From: Nemertoderma westbladi
Taxonomy: Eukaryota > Animalia > Xenacoelomorpha
DNA: 64,000 bases
Direction: 5' to 3'
Assembly (NCBI GenBank): GCA_032718475.1
Contig: JAUCBJ010001327.1
Location: 6,209-70,208, forward strand
This document shows, one piece after another, positions 51,242-63,697 of the stretch; within the stretch, counting starts at the first letter, position 1; the number at the start of each line of letters is the position of its first letter. A model generated the notes under the pieces. It was given only the letters and a program-made list of their open reading frames with translations, was not told where the DNA came from and ran no database searches. The position numbers were made by a program, and so were the translations under genes.

Positions 51242-54200
51242 TTACGTTATGGAGTCCCTAGATGTTTGAAGGATTAGGGAGGTGGTCGTGGGAAGAGAAT
51301 CTTGCCTTCCACAGTTTCCGGAGAGTCCTCCATTCCCTTCCGGTAAACACAAACGACCGACTGGGTGATTGAGTCGCTGCATCCCGAATACAATTCCAGG
51401 TTTCCTCTTCGTCCTGGAATAGTGACGATAGAAACATCGCTCTAGGTACACGACGGCCTTACAAAGCCGATTCCAGGAGCTATAGTGGTCCGTCGCTCCC
51501 TGCAGGAGAGGTGAGAGTCCCTGCGAGACGTCTGATGTTCCAGAGCTCCAATCGCTCTCTCTGATCTTCATGAAGGATCCACTCGCGGTGGGGAGGTCCA
51601 GATCCACGGCGTCGTCCCTGGCAATATGTAATACCGACAGATCTATCCCGGGTTCAAATAACTCCGATCCACCCGTCCGGGTTTTAGGTTTGACTTTCTC
51701 CGCTCCCTTGGCTGGTCTAATCTCAGTCGGAGTAAGATGGGGAGGCCATTCATCCTCCTTACTCAGGAAGTCGGGTTCACCTAACCGGTCTGTAGTATCT
51801 GTCAGTTCTTGAGGAGTTGCTCCTCTGGAAGCGATGTCAGTTGGATTAAACTTCTTGGGGCAATATCTCCATTGATCTACATTGGAGCTAATATCGTCAT
51901 TATCTGAGGAGTATGGTGTTCCCTCAGTTGGGTCGTCTCCCTCACTAGTATCATCTTCCCATTCACTCACCTGGCAGACGCGATCTTTAAGCAGTCTTTC
52001 TCTGAGTGTCCTTCGGGAAGGTCCAGTAAGGTACCAACCTACTCTAGTTCTTACCGCATAGGTCTGAAGTGGTTGCGGTTGAGCAGGTCGTTTCTCCAAT
52101 GTCTCCAGCGCCTCATGCGCGTTTTGACCGATTAATATTTGTACTCCAGGATAATCGGTGTCGAATCTAGGAATGTTAAGTTGTTGGGCATGATCATCTT
52201 CGTCCCAATTATAAGGTTCCACTTGGGTGGTAGCGAAGTTCTTTATTGCCACCATTTTGACTGACCTTATACTGTGTTCTCCTAGTTTATCCTGTGGAGT
52301 GGACAACTCACCTATATAATAGTCGGCAGCCACAGCAGATTTCCAAACCTGCATGATCCCTGACATGTTTAGCTTGGTTCGGAACTTGGGTTGTCCAGCA
52401 AAGATGTCTTCGGCTAGTTCTTTATCGATGAATGTTCCTGTGCTGCCGGAGTCCAGGAGGGCGTTCACTATATAGCTCTTCTGAGGTCCGTGGACCCGTA
52501 ACTGGACTACAGGAAATTCTCGGATTCCTACATTTGAAGTTGGCGCTTTCCAAGATTGTTGTTGATCTGAAGTAGTTAGGGTGAGGTCGCTGTCTGTGTC
52601 TTTCTCGTACATGAGTGCTCGATACACTGCGGTGGTGTTTATTAAGTAACAGGATTCGTTTTCGTCGGAGAACTCGTCCGTATAGAATCCTTCCATCTCA
52701 GATTGATCAGTGTCGTTCACATCACTGAATTGGACATGTAGTTCGGAATCACTCACCTGACTCGGACTATTTCGCTCGAATTCAGTGTGCAACAAGATAT
52801 GATGTTTCGCACCGCACTTTGCACACCTTGCGTCGGAGTAACAGGTTCGCCGTTGGTGTCCTCGTCTGAGGCAATTATAACACAACCGCTTATCCCACAT
52901 GACTTCACGTCTATCCTTTAGTGATTTCCTCAGGAATTTATCACACGCATTTAAACGGTGGGGCCCGTCTCACAGCACACATTTGGGCTTGATGTTACTT
53001 ACTTTAACATGTGCTGTGTGGTGCACGTTCGTTCTTTCCTCGGGCTTTCTCACCTGAATTCTCTTGGGAGACGTAGGAGGATTTTTTCTTACCTGTTCTC
53101 TCCTGTCATTGGTTCGAGACTTGAATTTACTTACCTGGTCTTTAGGCATTTTATTGTCATAGTAAGATCTTTCAGTGTCTTTCCCGCTGTCTTCCTCTTG
53201 AGAAGCCTGGCTTTCGCCATCGTCTGTATAACACACTGGTATTACCCTTCTCCTAGAAACGGGTTTCTCACTTACCTTGTTTTCCGGTGTCTTCTCTCTG
53301 GACTGCCTTAGGAGCTCTAATTTCACTTCTCCATCTAAGAATGACATGAGATCAGCCATGGTAGGGTCTCGTCGTTGTTGTTCCATCATATATAACACTT
53401 TCTTGTCCCAGCGTGTACCTACTCCACCCTTGGGCAAAGTAGATGCTAAGGCTCTAATAACCATAGCACTCTGATACTCATGAGACTTACCTAGCCAATC
53501 TAATTGTCTGCAGATCTCCTGAATCTCATCGGAAAACTCTATAATTCCGCTGCTAATAAACTTTCGGGGCGCTACCAACTTTGCATACAAATACCCAGCT
53601 ATGTTATTCCTATTACCATACCTGATGTTTAGTGTATCCCAAACTTGTCTTAATCCGTCAGGATGTCCAATAAACTTTAACGCCATTAACTTGGGAGATC
53701 CTTCCAAGCACTCGATGAGGAATCTAAGTTTCTCTCCATTAGATAGCACAGAGTTCTGTATGTTATCTTTGTAATATTCATTAAAAGGTAACCATTTCAT
53801 CTCATCTCCATTGAACTTGACGATCTCTCCCACCTTTACCGCTTGCCGGGCTTCGGTTCTAGCCATTTGACGCGTAAAACTTTCTTGGGCCATCGTGTTA
53901 TTTAATATCGAGTTATCGGTATATAAATTTCTTGGATTATGATCCGGTCTATAGGGAACATCATTATCAACAGGTCTATAATTACCCTTAATAGGGTTCA
54001 CTATAGGAGTTTCTACTTCGCTAGCAGTATAGATGCGTGTAGGCTCCACACCTTGCGCATGAGATACTTCAGACCTAACAGGTTGACACATGGTTACAGG
54101 GGGTGGTGGTATACCCTTTTGTGCATTTACTAATTTATCGCGTTCTAGCGCGATACTTTGCTGCACCTCTTGCAACTCTAGCCTACTTTCCCTTACTGTG

Positions 54201-56219
54201 CCCTTGAATTGCTGAACGGTCTCCTGCATCTGTCCGAGCAGGAGATCCATCCCCCGTCGTCTCTCATCCACCCATTCAACCGCCGAAGCGGGATTCGCCA
54301 ACGTTGTAGCGGGCGGACGAGGGACAACGGGCGACAAATCATGAATATTTCGCTCGGAGTCCAGGGCATGAGCTGTCTCATGGGCTGTTCTGCTGGGCAC
54401 AGGTAGCTTAGTGCTGTGCAAAGGGAATTGAGAGGTAGGTTCAGGGAGTACAGGTGTCTCTACGACCGAAAGGGTGACTTCGGGAACAGGCCTAACTATT
54501 TCAGGCTCATCTACTATAGTAGGGAGTCTCTCTATTGTAATTATTTGTTCTGTGGGTTCTGTACTCGCTAAGTTGGTGTTATTTAGTTGCCTTCTAACAG
54601 CTGGAGGCAAATCAGGCAATTTTTGACGGTGGGATGTTCTTTTACGTCTGCTTAGGCGAGATCGATTTCCTTTGCCTTCAGTATCGGTGGTATCGCCTTC
54701 CTCAGATGATGTATAACCCTGTCTTTTGGGAGTAGATCGATTCATCATCTGCATATTACTAGCTGTTAACTGTTTACTGAAGTCGTCTTGCTTCTCTTGA
54801 AGATTTTCCAACTCCAGTTGGGCGATCTCTTCAGCCGCTCTCCGTTCTGCTTCCGCCACCGCTGCCGCTTTTGCCTCTGCCGCTGCTGCTTTTGCCTCTG
54901 CCGGTGCTTCTGCTGCTGCCGCTTTTGCCTCTGCCTCTGCTTCTGCTGCTGCCGCTTTTGCCTCTGCCTCTGCTTCTGCTGCTGCCGCTTTTGCCTCTGC
55001 CGCTGCTTCTGCCAAGGTCGCTTTTCTTTCTGCCTCTGCCACTGCTGCTATCTTTCTGTCTTCTATACGTTTTTTCCTTACTTGTTCTTCTTGGTCTCTA
55101 GCGATGCGGAGTTGTTCATCGAATTTAGCTTGGTTCGCCGCTAACCTATCCACATCAATTGCATCCAACACACGCTGGGCTCCTTCACTATTAGGGCTAA
55201 GTCCATCTAGCCTTCTCCTCAACTCTTCATCTCCCAAAAAACGCTGATAGTCCGACAGATAGATGTCAATGGCATCCTTCTTATGCGGTTTCTCTGCCGT
55301 CGCTTCACTTTCCACTTGGGAAAAAGTAGCGTCCGTTGATTCTCCATGGGTTGAGCGCTCCTCCAGCTGAGCTTTCCACTGAGCTGTTCCTTGAACCTGG
55401 CGACTCACCCGTTGAAACCAAGTCTTTACGGCAACTTGCAACGACGTGTCTTTTAGAAGCCTCTTCAAAGGCTGATAATATTAGCCTGATTCGCAGAATT
55501 CTTTCTCTAACTTGATAAAGCAGTTGTCCCTGCTCTTGAGGTCCTTTAGGTTGTTGAAACAGTTGTTTTTCTACTCGCTCCATAGAGCTGAAGAATCCTT
55601 GTGCGTATCCGGCTGCGGACCTCTTCCATACAGCTGGATCGATGGTTTCCTTGGCTACTCCCATCCGGTGTATGTCTTCCCAGACAGCTTCTGATAAATC
55701 AAACGGGAGTCCGGGTCCGGGGAAGTTCCATTGCGACTCGACCATAGACTTCAGTTCTTCCCTTGTGTATCCCTCATAACGATCTTTAGTGGATCGCTTA
55801 CTTCTCGCCCAATCGATCTGGTGTTCTTCCACTGCAATCAATATCCTAGTGAGTACGGCTGCAGGAAGGATGAGAAGGGGATCCGAATAAACCGCATCCG
55901 TCATCTTTGCTCCGCGCTCGGGTGTCAGTTCTACAGTATCTTCACTACTGGAGCTGTCGGGCCGCTGAGAAATAAGTTCTTGGCTCGCGGGTTGTTGCTG
56001 TTCCGCTGCTTCTTGGTCCCGCTTAACCTGAGCTCGAGTGCCTATGATAGACCTACGATGTTGGACCAGCCTAGGTTCTGTTATTACTACTGGAGGGATG
56101 ACCTTCCTCACAGTGGGAGGTGAACTGAACTTAGGACTAGACGGTTCTACACCTCTATCTGAGTCGCAGATAGTTACATCTAATAAACTGTCTGACAGGT
56201 TCTGCTTAGTATCAGACAT
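51242..56219 (-). pseudogene. Element C gag-protease polyprotein with RT/RNase H and integrase deleted
   Basis: ORFs 55305-56219, 52970-55468 and 51242-52900 join through one frameshift (~55468) and one TGA in CVL*DGPH. Gag, knuckles and ALLDSGS protease are retained. In-frame junctions SSDNDDI|SSNVDQW and HYSRTK|RKPGIVF. Confidence 0.93.
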
Positions 56220-57524
56220 GTTTGTTTACACAGTTGAATGTCTACTGCAATTACAGTCTAAGTAAGTCTAGTAATTCAGTATTAACTGCTAGCCTAGTAA
56301 TTAATTACCGATACTGCTACTCAGTGTAGCGTGATATATAATATATTAGTATACCGGTATGCTTATAGTATATATAAGTATTATTACAGACTAGTTTATC
56401 ACCGAAACCGGTATATAGTTTAGCATAAATATATATAAATATAATAGGCCTATCGTGGATACCGGTATGCAGTTTACACTTATAGTGTATATATAAGTAT
56501 AATTATTAACTGGAATTAATTACAGAATACCGGTATGATTTCAGCACAAATATAAATATTATAATAGGCCTATCGTAAATACCGGTATATCAATTATTTT
56601 AGAATAATTGAATTTCTGAATTTTAAGGGTTACTTGGTTACTTTAACTTACTTTATTACCGTGATTTAAGCAGTAGTCCAACTGATATTGAGACCTAATT
56701 GTGGTATGGCAGGCCTACTATTTATAAATCGTTTGAGTTGATTTATAATATATATATACCCGTTTAAGGGGTTTTGTCAATGTTGAAATAAATGTTATTA
56801 TTTCTGGGGGAGTCACTACACATAAGCTGTGCGCTCTCAGTGGAGTGCTACTTGTTAGACACTAAAACAAATAATTCTAATTTACCTAAGTTACTTAATA
56901 CTACAAATTACGTACAATTCGGGTTGAGATTACAATCTCTAAATAAACACAAAATTTTAATTACAAATACACGAATACAAATTTTTAGGGTAATTTTACA
57001 AGAAGTCTACTAACCAGCCTAACAAAGGGTTAGAATATCTGGTTATTACAACGGACAGGTTATTACGGTATTTGAAAATAATAAGTAGTAGTAAATACAC
57101 TGCGCTGTCCAGATAGGAAAATACCACCGCCTGACGACCTATAGCCGTATCGCTATAGGTACTACGTTATGTATCACGGAGTGTTCCTACCTAGAAGTTA
57201 ATAGAGCTAACGTACGTGCCTATCAACCACTTTACAACACAAATATAATGCCTACACTAATTACTTTCGGAAAGTACTGTACACTAAACCCTAAATTAGG
57301 TACAAGTACTTGTATAACAAATAATCAGTAGTTAAAAATACTTGAACAGCTAAAAGAACCACGGTATCTGCTGGAGTGACCGGTGCACAAAATCACCAGT
57401 CTTTACCTACGCCGAGCAGCCCGTATAGTACCGGGGTTAGTTTAACTATAACGGTATGTATAACAAACACAATTACTGTAGGAATAAACTTGGGGATTGA
57501 ATGTTGCGAATAATCGCATAAACT

Positions 57525-58110
57525 CTGAATAATAAATATTACGCTACGCGTACAGACTATTCAAACAAAATGCAGACCAAATACTGACAGACTACTATCA
57601 AGCCTAAACAAACTATGGTATATGTAGACTCCGAAATGGTTAAGTAGTATGCGTTCTAACCCAGTAGTACGACTTATTCTTTAGATGGGGGTTTACCTTA
57701 CAGCGATGGCTGCCCCTACTTCCTAACCGTTCTTTATCGGACAGATGCTTTACACACACCGAAATTTCCTCAAACCCAACAGCAGCCAGACAACTATCCA
57801 GCCTACAAATTATCTAAATAAAATTATACGCTACCCGTACAGACTACACAAACAAAGTACAGACCAAACGCTGGCCAACTACTATCAAGCCTAAATAAAC
57901 CACAGGACATACAGACTCCGAAATGGTTAAGTAGTATGCGTTCTAACCCAGTAGTACGACTTATTCTTTAGATGGGGGTTTACCTTACAGCAATGGCTGC
58001 CCCTACTTCTTAACCGTTCTTTATCGGACCTACACTCTACATGCACTGCAATCCGTTCAGACCTAATCAACAGCTAGCCAACAGTCAAGCCTACAAATTA
58101 TCTGTACAAT
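57525..58110. repeat. ~280-bp tandem duplication in the element C 5' leader
   Basis: AGACTCCGAAATGGTTAAGTAGTATGCGTTCTAACCCAGTAGTACGAC...GGCTGCCCCTACTTC occurs twice. It is single-copy in element B (~27340-27650). Confidence 0.85.
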
Positions 58111-58381
58111 CTGAGCGGGCTTACACGCCTTCTGCTCAATACTGGCCTACAAATAAATAAAACTGACAGAAATAAGCCTAAGTAAAATCCCAATAAAAAC
58201 CAGGCGTCCCCGATTAATTATTAAGACCTACCGGCATATAATAATCAAAATCGAATAATACTGCTGTACCTGTACTGCTGTAGGTACCGGTCCGGGTGGT
58301 TAGGTAGTCAGGCCTACTGGGTACCGGTTGCCGGTACTTCAGCTTTATTGCCTACTGCAATACAGAAGCAATATCCGTTAT

Positions 58382-59571
58382 TGTTTGCGCTTTTGAAGAC
58401 CTTTGACAGTTTAACCTGCCAAAATTAGAATGTCTTTTAGATGATATATATTCTTTAGCTTTATGACGAGTATTTGATACACTACATTAGCCGAAGCCAG
58501 TCTATGCGCAATCATTCACCCGTTGGATATACCCGGGAGACTGAGTTCGGAGCTTAATGATTGATGGTGTAAGCCTACTGTATTATTCGACTGATCGTAA
58601 TATATAATCTCTGACAAATATTATTCACTTTCGGGAAATATTAACAGTTCCTTTAGGACGTGGCGCTCTAAATATGTAAACAGAATTATGACTTAAACTA
58701 GACACAACGAAAAGGCTATAGATTCACGTATATGGCGCATTCTTTAGGAGATGCTTTGTTATCAGTTACACTCATACACAATGCTGCACAATACTGCACA
58801 CTAATCTGCCGACCTTCACTAAATTTGGTCACGTATAAAGAGAGCAACATACAATTTATGTCGGGCATATGAAATAGCATTAGATTCACTTCAAACCACT
58901 CAACATAGGTCGCAATCGTTTATCTGTAACCGGTCTCTCTAACCTTTAGTATATCAAGAAGGTGGGGTGTCTGACTATTGATCAGTATTCCGATATAATA
59001 ATTCATCAACCAATATAATGAATAACCATCAGCAAAAGCAGTAATGTAAGATATGAATTGCATAGATATGTATGATAAGATTGTAATTAACTCGGTAACT
59101 CAAGTTAGTCGTTTGCATTGATAACAGATATACGTTCTATAATTAAGCCTACTAATGTAAAGCTAAAGAACGCTGATATACGGAGGTGCTAAAAGCCGAT
59201 GTTCTTAGGCTCTGAGCAAAAACATAACACTGAACTACTGAGTTCTGTATACACCTCCAACACAGAGACAAAAAACGCTCTGATTGGTCAACCGAACAAC
59301 GAGAGAACAAAGAAACAAAGAAACGTCGACGTGGCAATATCAGCTGTTAGCCGTCGTCATGGTAGCGACACTGTTTTCAAGAGTATCCAGCTTATCGCGT
59401 CACGAGATTGCGGATTATGTCCTCTAAAGTACAAATACAGTACAAACACAGAAGAAATGACTTTTATGTCCCCTAAAACACCAGCACAGCAAGGACACGG
59501 CCTCCTCTGGCAAACCAACTACAGAGTACTTTAAGGGAAAATAACCGGTTAATGACGCAAAAGCTTTTACA
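58382..59571 (-). repeat. 5' LTR of element C (1190 bp)
   Basis: Minus strand TGTAAAAGCTTTTGCG...AAAAGCGCAAACA, adjacent to TSD CACAA. Confidence 0.96.
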
Positions 59572-60119
59572 CACAACCAGATAAATAACAACGAATAGAG
59601 CCAAATAACAAATTTAGTTTCCTTCTATAGGTATTACCCCGTCGTCAAGCGGAATATCTCTTCCCAGTGAATTCTATGTGAATATGTAATATAGGTACTC
59701 CTTAGGCGGTAGGCCAGAGCGGGCTCCTTAAATACATACAACTACTGTATTATAGTGTAGGTCAACTATAAAACATTTTGCAATCCACAGTGAGTATCGA
59801 CTGCAATAGGACACAACACACTGCTTTGTGTAACTAAAATGCATTCTCCTGATCCACCCCCTAAGATAGTAGAGTGAGTAACCTTATTGTAGATATACCC
59901 TTAGGAAGCACTGGGAGAGCAATCAGCTTATGGGGTAATACATTAGAAACCAACAGCTTATGTGTGAGTAAACATTGCCTTTCCTTATAGCCTACTAGTA
60001 AAACTTGGCAACCAACACGTTTTTCTATGACCGTGTATAACATATTAAGCCATATTTCATCATGAACACCAGCTGTTATTTTACCATTGCTTTAAATTTC
60101 GCGACAAAACAATGTCAAA

Positions 60120-60352
60120 AAACTAAATATATCGAATACCACACATAGAATCGATCTGAAATTTTGTAACGCGATTATGAACCACCAAAGCAATGTACTT
60201 GCAAAATTTTATCAAAATCGCCAGGCAGGAAGTGCCTTAACCTAGATAATTATCAGTCAGTATGTCAGTCAGTCAGTCAGTGTAATGTATCCTGAGATTT
60301 TTATCCCTGAGATTCTTACAGTAAGTATCCCGCTGACAAGCGGGCTCCTAAT
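60120..60352 (+). mobile_element. Possible Helitron/Helentron-like non-autonomous fragment
   Basis: AAATTTTATCAAAATCG motif, a (CAGT)n microsatellite at ~60254-60281 and a GC hairpin CCCGCT-GACA-AGCGGG at 60329-60344 followed by an A-rich tract. Pattern resemblance only. Confidence 0.35.
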
Positions 60353-61279
60353 AAATAAAACAAGTTGAGATGTTTCAATGTAAACCGCGATTAACAATTT
60401 ACACTGTTCAATGTAAACCACGATATTAATTAAATACAACAATTATATTATTATTATATAACAGATTTTTATATTTCAAACTATAATGTTAGCCTTATGG
60501 AGAATCATTATGAGGCTGAGTAAACATTCAGCCTTATAAGCATACAGCCTCCACAGTATTAATGTTGGCACAAAGATTTCAAAATAAAACAATAATTCGC
60601 TGAGAGCACTAGTACAATACACTGTGTAGCCAACACACTGTGTAACTAACAGTCATTTAGCTTGCACGCCAATTAATTAACATTGGGAAGAGTTATTCAG
60701 CTGAGACTGTAATTGCCAGTTAATGTTTACTTACTGTCTGGGTTGTAGAGTAGAGTGATAATACTTGGCACAGAAAGTACTTCTTTGTTAGTTGGCATTC
60801 CTATTGAATGCATTACCAGGCCATCTCTATACATTTTTATGAGTGCCAGCTGGTGTTTTTATCATTGCGCCTATGGCAATTTTCGCGTTTTGGGGCTATT
60901 TTTCGAAATAAAACAAGTTGAGATGTTTCAATTTAAACCGCGATTTCACAAGTACCCATAGAAATCTATTTTCATGGTCCATGCAAAATTTCACTTTCAC
61001 TTCAAACTTTCAGGACTGAAAATTATACAAGATATTAATTAATAAAAAGTACCTTCCCGCGTTAAATTTTATTGCGGTGTTTTAATGAAATATTATTTAT
61101 TTAGTTCTTGTTGGGAGAACCATGTGAACGACCACCTAAATTTGTATAAAATTTTGGATAATAATTTAACAATTGAACAATCTCATTTTTTGAAATTTTT
61201 CTGCTCTACTAGAAAATAGACATGTTGAACATGTAATTATTACACTTCTTATGCATTTTTGAACAAATTTATAAGAATG

Positions 61280-61509
61280 CGAGGTGGGGTTCAAGTCTCC
61301 CCCCAATGAGGGAGACTTGACGCTTTTTCGAAAATACGAATAATTAGTTTAATTAAAAAAGTTTCAGAGTTGAAATTCTCAAACTCTCACATAATGATAG
61401 CAATCATAAATGTAATGTGAAAAAGTTAAAACGGCATTGAAAAATTAATTTATCTGTTCTTTAGAGCGATTATAACTTTTGGGGTTCAAGTCTCCCTCAC
61501 TCACCCTAC
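61280..61509. mobile_element. MITE fragment with GGGGTTCAAGTCTCCC repeats
   Basis: The motif occurs twice directly and once inverted (GGGAGACTTGA), ending in CTCACCCTA like a TA-flanked Tc1/pogo-type end. The other terminus was not found. Confidence 0.4.
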
Positions 61510-61888
61510 GAATATAAGAAATAATAAAATAATAAACCAAAAAATATACAATCCTCCATCAGCCCATACCGGTACTGCCAGCATATAGCCTCAACAAAAT
61601 TCAGAAAATTCACTGTCAGACTGTACAAACTCGTTAAATTAATCAAAATTTAGTATTTTTTGTTGCTGTACCGGTATTGCATTTCATATTTGTAGGTACT
61701 GAGGTAGGCCTACCGGTACCTTGAAACCTTGGTACCTACCGGTACCTGGTACCGGTACTTGAAACGTGACTAGACTACTGGACTACACACAGACCCCAGG
61801 CCGCCAGGTACTCCAGTACATATTGCAGTATTGCTGTATTGGATATTTCTGTATTTCCATAGCTGCATAGGCGATAGACCTACATCAG

Positions 61889-62869
61889 ATGATTACTGAG
61901 CTTACAATGACGTCATACACAATCGGTAATCTTTCCAATAAGGGCTCGGACGCGGAACCCGCATGTTATAAAATAGGTCAACGAAAAATCGGAACAAACG
62001 TAACACTCGGCGTCCACTCAGCATCTAATCTACCCGTCGCAATTAAAATTATTGACATATCCGATTTAGATGACACCTCGCTACTACACTACCAGAAATC
62101 CTGCACACTTTCCTCGCTACTAAAACACGATAATTTATTGGATATCTATCGATCTTTCGTGCACAGAAACAATCTCTGGATTGTGATGCCCCGACTAAGT
62201 GCCTCCTGTAAAGACCTTCTCATTAAATCTTATCCTAGCGGTTTACCAGAGCATTGCATAAGAGCGATTGTACAAGGCGTTGTATCGGCACTCCAATACC
62301 TCCACTCCCACGGTTTCGTGCACCGAGGGGTAATGGCATCGCATGTTCTTTTAAACAACTGCAACAACGCGGTAAAACTATCCGGTTTAAGCGCTACAAC
62401 TTCTATGTATATAAACGGTCAACGTCGATTTAAACTCCACGAATTCCCGTCGATTAAACACGCTGAATCGCTACCGTTCTGGGCACCCGAAATTCTCACA
62501 CAGAATGTCTGCGGTTACAACGAACGCAGTGATATCTACAGCGTGGGAATTCTCGCTTGCGAACTCGGTAACGGTGTGACTCCATTCTGCGATATGGACT
62601 CGAGTCAGATGCTGTTATGCAAAATCTACAACCACCAGCCTCGCTTACTCGACTCAACCACGGCGCATCTGCTTCCAGAAGGTCCCGAATCCGAGAAACT
62701 TTTCTCCAAAGAGTTCCACAGTTTCGTCGATGTCTGTCTCCGGTTCAACCCCAACTCGCGGCCCGGTGCGGATCAGTTGCTACGACATCCCTTCCTCCGA
62801 CACAAACGCTCGTCGTCTCCCGTATTCCCCGAGAATAACGGCGTGTTTACTGGTCTTAATATCTCGTAG
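61889..62869 (+). CDS. STRAD: STE20-related kinase adapter protein (STRAD pseudokinase, LKB1 activator)
   Basis: Kinase fold with STRAD-specific degenerate motifs: HRGVMASHVLL (no catalytic Asp), LSGLS replacing DFG, GQRRFKLHEFP, and WAPEILTQNVCGYNERSDIYSVGILACELGNGVTPFCDM. Uninterrupted 326-aa frame. Confidence 0.92.
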   Translation: MITELTMTSYTIGNLSNKGSDAEPACYKIGQRKIGTNVTLGVHSASNLPVAIKIIDISDLDDTSLLHYQKSCTLSSLLKHDNLLDIYRSFVHRNNLWIVMPRLSASCKDLLIKSYPSGLPEHCIRAIVQGVVSALQYLHSHGFVHRGVMASHVLLNNCNNAVKLSGLSATTSMYINGQRRFKLHEFPSIKHAESLPFWAPEILTQNVCGYNERSDIYSVGILACELGNGVTPFCDMDSSQMLLCKIYNHQPRLLDSTTAHLLPEGPESEKLFSKEFHSFVDVCLRFNPNSRPGADQLLRHPFLRHKRSSSPVFPENNGVFTGLNIS

Positions 62870-63666
62870 CTCGCTGATTTTATAGCCCTAATTAATAATC
62901 AATATGAATGGTGCATTTACTAGTACTACCTGACAATCCCTGAAACTGACTGATAATTTATTAATTATTTATATTCACTTGTGACTACTGACTATAAATA
63001 TTAGGCGTTTCCCTTGTGTTGTCTCCAGCTGATGTTTAGGGCCGTCCTTGGTGGGTTTTGTGTAACAGCCTTACTATAAATAAAGTGTTTCTCCATAATT
63101 GCGCGATAACAATCAATTAATTGCAATAATAGATAACTTATTCAATAATTTATTGCTAATAAGACGCCTTAGCAATCAATTAATTATAATTGTGATTGTG
63201 AATTCCACAAATCAATTACTCTATTAATTACATAAATCCCAATTTATAAAATATATGGTTTTTATTCTTAAAAATGTGATTAACCAATTAACTGGCGGTT
63301 GAAATCTCCAAGAATAATTAATTAGGATTAATTTTAAAATATTCTGCTCAATAAATTGTTGATTTGATTGTTGTTGAGTTGCCTAAAAAAGTAAGTCACA
63401 AGTGAAGAATTTAACGTTCCCTTTGACACACACACACACACCTACACACACACACATTTGTTTGTAAGTAGAACTATTAGTGCAGTAGGGCTTTCTTTTT
63501 TACTCTCGTAAATAAAACAGGGGGAGGGGGGGGGGAAATCGACGCAAATAACAGGTGATTTTCAATAATATAACTGTAATCTGTTCTATAGACTTTCTGT
63601 ATTGTTTTGGTTAGAATAACATGCCACTGTAACCCGCTCCTTTTTATTATAAATTCGCCGAGATAA

Positions 63667-63697
<31 letters not shown>

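Larger units (their letters stand above)
46799..59571 (-). mobile_element. Internally deleted, recently inserted BEL/Pao LTR retrotransposon (element C, 12.8 kb)
   Basis: Nearly identical LTRs; 5-bp TSD CACAA (46794-46798, 59572-59576); internal sequence colinear with element B. Confidence 0.97.

Noticed and set aside
54788-55144. Cys-rich and Leu/Pro-rich ORFs (also 28673-28966)
   Set aside because: Antisense shadows of the Ala/Glu repeat in Gag.
55460-55480. Programmed ribosomal frameshift in element C gag
   Set aside because: No clear slippery heptamer. Comparison with element A (SAFRMYL) suggests a single-base insertion, and BEL/Pao elements normally have one ORF.
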